A stretch of DNA of 64,000 bases from Vicugna vicugna (lineage: Eukaryota). Positions within the stretch are counted from its first letter, which is position 1; every line of letters begins with the position of its first letter. The notes beneath the pieces were generated by a model. The model was not told the origin of the DNA. It made no database searches and worked only from the letters and a program-made list of their open reading frames with translations. The position numbers and the translations under genes were made by a program. The stretch is taken from assembly GCA_013265495.1 (NCBI GenBank), contig MU058844.1, forward strand, positions 13,848,184 to 13,912,183, in the 5' to 3' direction. Of the stretch, positions 53,831-64,000 are shown piece after piece.

Positions 53831-56544
53831 GCACTGTGAGCTCTATTACTTCATCATTGTAAGTCCTTGCTCTTCTCATCTCTTTTTTTCATTTAAGAGA
53901 GAAAAGCAGACTGAGAATAATAGGCGTGACGTTTTCCCATTTGGAAAATATATAATATCCTTGAAATAAAACTAAAAATAGGTGTGCCTCTTGTGGAATT
54001 GAAAAAACAAATTCCTTAGCGTGTAGTTTAGGTAACTTGTCTTCAAAATCTTCTTGTAATGCTAATTTCCAAGTATTAAATTATCTCATTGACTTTCGTT
54101 AAAAAAATAGAGGTGAGTTTAATTTTTCTTCAACCTTTTTCCCCCTTTAAGATTTGCAATATCCATCGATGTTTCTAATTGTGAATTAATAAGATGAAAT
54201 GATTTTTAAAGACAGAGTCTGTGTTGGGGCCAATGGAATTTTTACATAACAAATTAATATTTTTTAAATGTGTTCCTTTACTAATTTCATAAAAACCAAG
54301 CACCTACTTCTTGCCATGGATTAGGCCTTGTCCTTGGCTCTGGGGATAGATGTTAAGTCCTTCCCTTTGATGAGCTTGTGGACGTGTAGAATCAGCAACA
54401 AAAGTGTGTGAAAACTGCTGCGTTATTGTCAGTGATCCTGGGCCAGGGCACAGAGGAGGGTCACTTGGTCAGTCTGGTTGTCATTGCATTTTGTAAGTTC
54501 TGGCGCTTTTGAGTTAGTCGTGGAGCTCAGCTGTACTTACTCTAATGCTAACAGGAAAGGGGAAATGGTGGGACATAAAAATAGACTGCATTTTCTACCT
54601 TCCTCTCGGCCTGTTCTACATACCTGGAGATTCTACTTGCATGTTTGCTTTGAGGTAGACTGACATACTACCTTCTGTGTAGAACCTGGAATCTGAGGAC
54701 TTCTTCTCCATGGTCGCTAATCAGGGGAAAAAAAAAAGAGTGTTGGGCATTCTATGTAGCTAAGCATGGACACTAAGCTGCGGGGAAAAAGTAACAACTC
54801 ATGGACATACAAGCCGATATATTAGCAAGATATTCCTGCCCTGAAACTGCCTTGGGTGATAGATCAGTTCTGTGAATTCAGCCAACATGATACACCGTGT
54901 CTGGAAAGCTTTCTTACGTTTTAATTAGTATTTAACATGCCTCTTTTTATATTCATTTAATGCATGTAGGATTTTGTGGTCTTATCACTGGGAAAAAGGA
55001 AGAGAAAGGTGGCAATGTGATTTTTCTTCCCCAACTCCCTGGTAAGACACGGACTTCAGGAACAGAATGGTTGGGAGCTAATATTGGCATCATTTGGACC
55101 TATGGACCAGCTCAGTTAGCTTCTGCTGTAAATTTGGCTTTTTTGCTTCCTTGTACATACTTTTTTGTTTCATTTCTGTTATTTCCTTTTTTCACATCCT
55201 TTTTATCCCCACTAGAATGTAGTCTGCCTTATTATTTTGTTCATTTATTCATTCTTTTATGAATTCTTCCATCCTTCTATTTGTTCATTCAGCCATACTA
55301 AATATTAACTACTGTGCCAGAAGTAGGAGCTAAAAACATGAATATGACATCATTCCAGTCCTTAAACAGTTCACAGTTCAGTGAAGGAGAAAAACAAGTA
55401 AAGCCTTCCTTTTCTCCCCCATTTACTTTCTTCTCAGTTTCTTTTTCTTCATATTATTCAATCTAGCTTCATATTTACCCATTTTGGCTTACCTCAGTGA
55501 GTCAGGAAGAAAAGAAGACATTTTTCTATATGCAAGGCTCTTAGAATTAAGTTCAGATAAAGTGCACAAATTCCTTGTTGAAGGAATCCAAATGTGTCCT
55601 CTGAAGAGTTCTAGATCTTCAACGTTTCTGAGGTTACCCTTTGATTTGATACTCAAACTAAGATCCTAATACCCTGAGCTCCTGTTCATTCTCATGGAAA
55701 CTCTGTCTCTCCCAATATCTCCAAGGACTTTCATGGGGGCTGCATTTCTCCTGATTACCTTTTACTCTTATCTGTTAGTCTCCTATAATTTTGAAACTTA
55801 CTGTGTATCTTGCCTTCCGTGGTTGACTGTCCCCATCTTTTTGTCCTCTCAGGGTCTAATACCTTCATTATTCAAAGCACCTTCCAACACCAAGCTGTTT
55901 TGTACAGCCATGTCTTGCTGAAGGTCTAGCAGAGCAAGCATTATCTTAAAATTTAATGTTCTCCATTGGTCTCCCAAAGTTCTGCTCTGTACCTGTGGAG
56001 GGACTTCTCAACTGTTTGTCCTCATGTTGTGGGCCTTTCGTCCTTCTCCTTAAAGACCTTTCTCATTTCCTTCTCCTCAGAATTCAGTTCCCATTGTCCT
56101 CACTTTCAGGCTGACAGAAGCCAACTTCCAATTTCCTACCATGTTATTTATGAATAAAACAAGGCCTTTCTAGCTGTTTTTTTTTAATGCAAAATGATCC
56201 TTTACTTCTAAAATGAATGTTGTATCTTTCCAAGAATATCAAAATTTGCTTCTTTTTGATACTCTTTTTATTTTCCTATTATAGTATTATCACACTTCAG
56301 CAGATTTACAAAGTCCTTAAAAGCCGAAGAGAGACTGAGTTATAAAGACTACAGTGATGAATAATAAAAATATAAAAATTATGTAGTTATTTAAGTGATG
56401 CTGATAAAAATATTGATAAATGTAAGTTCCAAATGACTTATATAAACAGGCAAATTTTGTTTTACAAAGTTTTGTGTCTTAGAACTGTGTTTATTTAGAA
56501 ATTGTTTAGTTGCTTCATTTAATCACAGATATTTCTGAGTCACA

Positions 56545-56561
56545 ACACACACACAGAGGCA

Positions 56562-56595
<34 letters not shown>
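56545..56595. repeat. Compound (CA)n microsatellite
   Basis: Direct reading. Confidence 0.95.
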
Positions 56596-56598
<3 letters not shown>

Positions 56599-56763
56599 GT
56601 ACTAAACTTCCCATTACATAGGAGACAGTGAACTATTCTTATTAAGGTTTAGGAAGATTCTTTTAAGAGTCTGCAAGTGCCTGTAATTTAAAAACTGATA
56701 ACAGTTCATTTAATAATGAATGATCAATCTTGTAGAATCAGTCTGTTGGAAAAAACACTAGAA

Positions 56764-56930
56764 CAGTGGTTTCAAACTTTACTGTGTATAGCAATCACCT
56801 AGGAAGCTTGTTAAATGCAAATTCCATCTCCCCAAACAAGAGAATCTTTATCTGATGTCTGATGTGGGGGTAAGGACTTCACAGTGTGTAAGCTCCCCAG
56901 GTGTATTCTAATAAATGTGAACAAAAACTC
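56764..56930. mobile_element. MER5-family MITE
   Basis: cagtggtttcaaacttt...aatcacctaggaagcttgttaaatgca...aagctccccaggtg. Confidence 0.75.
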
Positions 56931-57479
56931 TTTTTCTGGGAATATGGGTGGGCAATTTAAATGATTTCCAAGTACAAAATGATTCATGTTACTTAAATTC
57001 CAACCACCAAGTGTGGTGTCTTATGACGTTTGTTGACCTTTTCCTGACAACATAATAATTTGTTTAATGAACACAAGCATCAACATAAAGTAATGGTTAT
57101 ATTTTTTTAAGTATACTAAAATATATATGATAATGATTTCTAATATTTGCATAGTTCCTTACATTAAAAAAAAAACCTTAATATGTATCTTTTTTTTTCA
57201 CTTTATCCCAGACAATGGGACTGGTACCATAATTTAAGACAGGTGTCTGAAGGTCTTCCAGTAGATGGACAAGTTCAAAGGAGCTTGCCAGCAATCAGAC
57301 TGCTCTAAAGTCACTTTATGGCCTTGTTTTAAATTTAAAACCTGGGTAATGTTTTTGATTGATTTACAGCATTTCAGAAAAAGAGGTTAAGATTTAAAAC
57401 TCAGGGTTTCTGTTCTAGTTTGGGATTTATTCATCACAATTTCCTTTGGTGTCATAGTCAAGGCATCCCTTGAGAAAGT

Positions 57480-57845
57480 GAGGTCAGAAAAGTCCAGACC
57501 TTTCTGCCAAAGCTTCCCTGCCGTGTGATGCACGTTGCCCTTTCCATCAAGTTACCCCTGTTTGTTCCTCAAATTTCAGTCTATTGATATTTTTAGAGGT
57601 TTCTGTGACCTCTTGGCCTAACTAAAGTCTTTAAGTCATTTTTTTCTTTCGTTGCATTTATTATAATTGTAATTATATCATTTTTGTGTGGTGAAATATT
57701 TAACGTCTGTATCCCTAGTAGACCATGAATTCCTCAAAGGCAGGAATTGTGGTTTGTTAACTACTGTTAAATTAAGACCCTAGCCCTGTGGCTTGGCATA
57801 GAGAGGCACCTAACACGCAGTTGTTCAGTTCATGAGTGAAGAGTA
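57480..57845 (+). mobile_element. L2 3' fragment
   Basis: tagaccatgaattcctcaaaggcaggaattgtg...gcttggcatagagaggcaccta. Confidence 0.7.
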
Positions 57846-58629
57846 GGAAAATGTGTGACTGGGGAGATTCCAGTGTTCCGTATTGGCAAGCATTAAAATA
57901 TACTAGAAAACTGTCTTTGTTGTACGGGAGGTGGTCAGGCAACCCAGGACTGGTACTGAAAGAGCAGTGTTGGGAAGTCCCAGTCAGTGCACTACAGGAA
58001 TGTAGGTGGATAGAGTTTGAGACTGCACAGTTAGCTGGAAAAAAACACTGACTCAGGAACACTAGAAGCAAAAAATAATAATTATATTCTCTAACTGCCT
58101 CATAGAATTTGTCCACTAAAACTTTAGGCACTTTGCTGGCGCCTAGGTGGGGATGGTGGAGAGTGTGGGATGTGGCTGGTGGGGGAGTCAGTGCACACTG
58201 GCAGGGCCCTAATGACAAAAGAAGATTACAGGGGGAATCAGAAACAAATATGACTCTCAAGTCTATAGAAAACACTGTGATTGGATGAGGAAGTAATGTA
58301 TAAATCAAAAATAATTGATTCTTCCTCCAAAAGACGTCGTCTTTTAACATATCGGTGGGGTCCAAGTGATATTAAGTATTAGTTGATTTAAAAAGAACTG
58401 TAAATTTTTTTTATACAAAGGGAAAGCTGAGTGGAAAAAGCATGCCATTATCTCGCAATATGTCTGCAAAAGATAATAGTCAAATCGTAACGTCAAAACG
58501 AAGGAAAGTTGGAAGATATGCATGGAAAAGTAAGTCAACACCATGAAAATGACATGCCTTGTAACAGTATATAATTTACTAACTGGCACACTGTGTAGAA
58601 ACAACTCCATAATTTGAGGGTGGTTCTTT

Positions 58630-58842
58630 CCTTTTTTATTGAGGTGTAGTTGATGTACAGTATTAAGTAAGTTTCTGGTGTACAACATAGTGATTCCCAA
58701 TTTTAAGATTATATTCCATTTATAGTTATTATAAAATGCTGGGCAATAATCTCTTTGTTGCACTATATATCTTTGTAGCTTACTTATTCTATACATAGTT
58801 TGTACTTCTTAGTCCCCTACCCCCATCTTACCCCTTCTCCCT
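58630..58842 (-). mobile_element. 5'-truncated L1 3' end with TSD, antisense
   Basis: ttttttattgaggtgtagttgatgtaca...; TSD agggtggttcttt (58617-58629) / agggtgattcttt (58843-58855) followed by AA (L1 endonuclease-type site). Confidence 0.9.
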
Positions 58843-59339
58843 AGGGTGATTCTTTAAGACCGATAATCTCAGTCTTAAGATTTTTTTTTAAGATACTTTT
58901 ATATATTACACTTGGTGAGATTTGTATGTTTCTTACGTTGAAACTCAGCCAGGGAAAAAAGGAGATGGTTTCAATCTGTTCTTGAAACTTAGATCTTCTC
59001 AATGGCACGACTGAGAAGCCGGGAAGAGCTCTGGATTGGGGATATATCCTACTATTCCGAGATAAGGGCCTCCCTCCCTTGACTGATCACCTCCTCCTCC
59101 TCAATCATTCATTTGTTAGACACTCAAGGAGCAGTCAGTCTCTTGGTGCTCATTGAGCATGCTCAATCTGGGAGCCTTTTCAGAGAGCACCAGGAATCTG
59201 CCAGCTTCTTTGAAAGCCTCTGGTAGTGACAAATGACAACGGTGCCATTTGCTGAAACAGCTGGGTTTCATGTCTTCAGATCTTTAATATTAAGAAGTAG
59301 GTGATCCTAAGATAGATAAATGTTTCAGCATATCTGTGT

Positions 59340-59590
59340 TCCGCATTTGAGAGCCTAGTAGTTGTGGGAACAGAATCTGGGGCAAAATGTATCAAATGAG
59401 AGTCTCAGGTCTATCACTTTGTAACCTTATGACTGGAAGAGTAGCAGACTATGGCTATTCTGGAACTGTAAAGGCAGAGGTATAGTGTTTTTATGAGTAT
59501 TAATATGAGTTAATTATGTAAATTGCTTTAAAGAGTGTCTGGTACTGACAAGAACTATGTAAGTGAGAGCTTTTATGATTATTAGTATTA
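59340..59590 (+). mobile_element. MIR, degenerate
   Basis: ctgtaaaggcagaggta...attaatatgagttaattatgtaaattgctttaaagagtgtctggtac. Confidence 0.65.
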
Positions 59591-60315
59591 GATGTATGTG
59601 TTCATATATTATTGACTAAAGAAATGTTGAATTAAAAGATCCCCGAAACTTTATAACACATTACTCTGACATTTGGAGTTTTTTTCAGGAGAGCAAGAAA
59701 ATTGCCTTTTAATTTGTTCTTAATTCTTTTTGTCTCTTCAGTCTTGATGCCTACACTTTCTCCCTAGATTCGCTCTTTCGGACAAGACTCCGGCCTTAAG
59801 TTGATATAAATTAAATGGTAACTTAGCTCGAGTATTTTTGTGTGTGTGTGTTCATACCTCATGACAATCTGAACATTATAGATAGAAAACTACAGTTAAA
59901 TATGAGTGGCTTCCAAATTTCCATGAGTGGACTGCACTTTATATTTATGGTTGTAAATCTTGATCTAATACATGAAGATTTCTAGGATCACAAAAAATAT
60001 CTGGAGCTATCGTCTTACATTTATTACTTTTTTCCAGCCTGCTGCCCTTAAATGCTCTCTTGCAGGGATTTTTTTATGCTCTCTTCACAGGTATGGTTCC
60101 CTACACAAGAGAGTCAACTTACTTTTCAACAGAAAGAAGAACTTTTAATCTATACAATCTGAAAACAAACTTTGAAGCACATTACCTATGCAACTCCAAT
60201 GAATGTTACTGACACATCTCTTCCTACACTTGAATAACATCCCAAGTGAAATCTCCAAATATGCTTTTATTTTATTTTTCATCTACAGGAAACGATGCGC
60301 TTAGATTTGGATTGA

Positions 60316-63386
<3,071 letters not shown>

Positions 63387-63551
63387 TGTTATCAGGTGAC
63401 GACAGTACAGGAAGTGAGCCGCCATTATCACCCCCAGAAAGGCTCCCCATCAGACGCTCTAGTACCAGAGACAAAAACAGAAGAGGGGAAACATGTTTCC
63501 TACTGACGACAGGTGATTACACGTGTGCTTCTGATGGAGGGATCAGGAAAG
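63387..63551 (+). CDS. KCNC2: KCNC2 next coding exon (165 nt, phase 1 to phase 1), cytoplasmic C-terminal segment
   Basis: gaccag|TGTTATCA joins in frame to the previous exon ([59 protein letters not shown]); donor AAG|gtaggc at 63551/63552. Contains the RRSS PKA motif (63452-63463). Confidence 0.96.
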
Positions 63552-64000
63552 GTAGGCGTGCATTTAATCAGATCCTAACAGATGACTTAACAGTTAAGTG
63601 CTGCAAATCTATGCAGTGATGTAAAGTGCTCTTTTGTCATTTTCTACAAACAACTGCACGTGGTGCTGTCTCCCCCTCATCGCATCTTTCCTCATGAACA
63701 TGTAAAATACATATCATAACAGCCTACTTGACTGTCACATCTGGAAGGCCTTTCACCCTTCTTTCTTATTTTATTTTTCATGTGTCTATAGACAGAATTC
63801 AAATGGAGTATTTAGAAGCTGCCACTAATCTATTTTAATATATATGTACTCAGCCATCTTTGGAAATTATCCTTTTTCCTACAATGCATTAAACTCATTA
63901 ATTGGCTCTCTGCATATAATTGATAAGTAATTGATAATTATAAAACAATAGTGAGGCTTCCCCCCTCCCCCAAGTAAAGCATTAAGCATACTGTCAGTCT

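Noticed and set aside
57772..58365. 197-aa minus-strand ORF
   Set aside because: Non-ATG start, overlaps an L2 fragment, no recognisable protein motif.
58344..58796. 150-aa minus-strand ORF
   Set aside because: Runs through an L1 3' UTR stub; no coding signature.
58854..58878. Small hairpin ttaagac...gtcttaa
   Set aside because: Short AT-rich stem; expected by chance.

Overview
AT-rich mammalian genomic DNA from inside the voltage-gated potassium channel gene KCNC2 (Kv3.2), transcribed on the + strand. Positions 1-60375 are the 3' part of the very long intron upstream of the transmembrane exon. The 928-nt S1-S6/pore exon is at 60376-61303, a 2083-nt intron follows, and a 165-nt phase-1/phase-1 C-terminal exon lies at 63387-63551. 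The start codon/T1-domain exon and the alternative terminal exons lie outside the window. The intron is filled with old eutherian repeats (L2, MIR, L1M, MLT1/MLT2, hAT and Tigger MITEs) plus younger L1 3' stubs and a tRNA-Ala-derived SINE; these point to a camelid genome (inference). I see no new protein-coding system, and nearly all short ORFs are repeat- or chance-derived. The best leads are RNA-level: a cluster of three acceptors plus a donor about 290 nt upstream of the pore exon (possible poison micro-exon or recursive splice site), an atypical YCAY-rich acceptor on the in-frame skippable exon carrying the PKA site, an intronic segment partly complementary to the S6 codons homologous to the Kv1.1 I400V editing site, and three candidate intronic enhancers. 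Repeat family names come from recalled consensus sequences and their boundaries are approximate.
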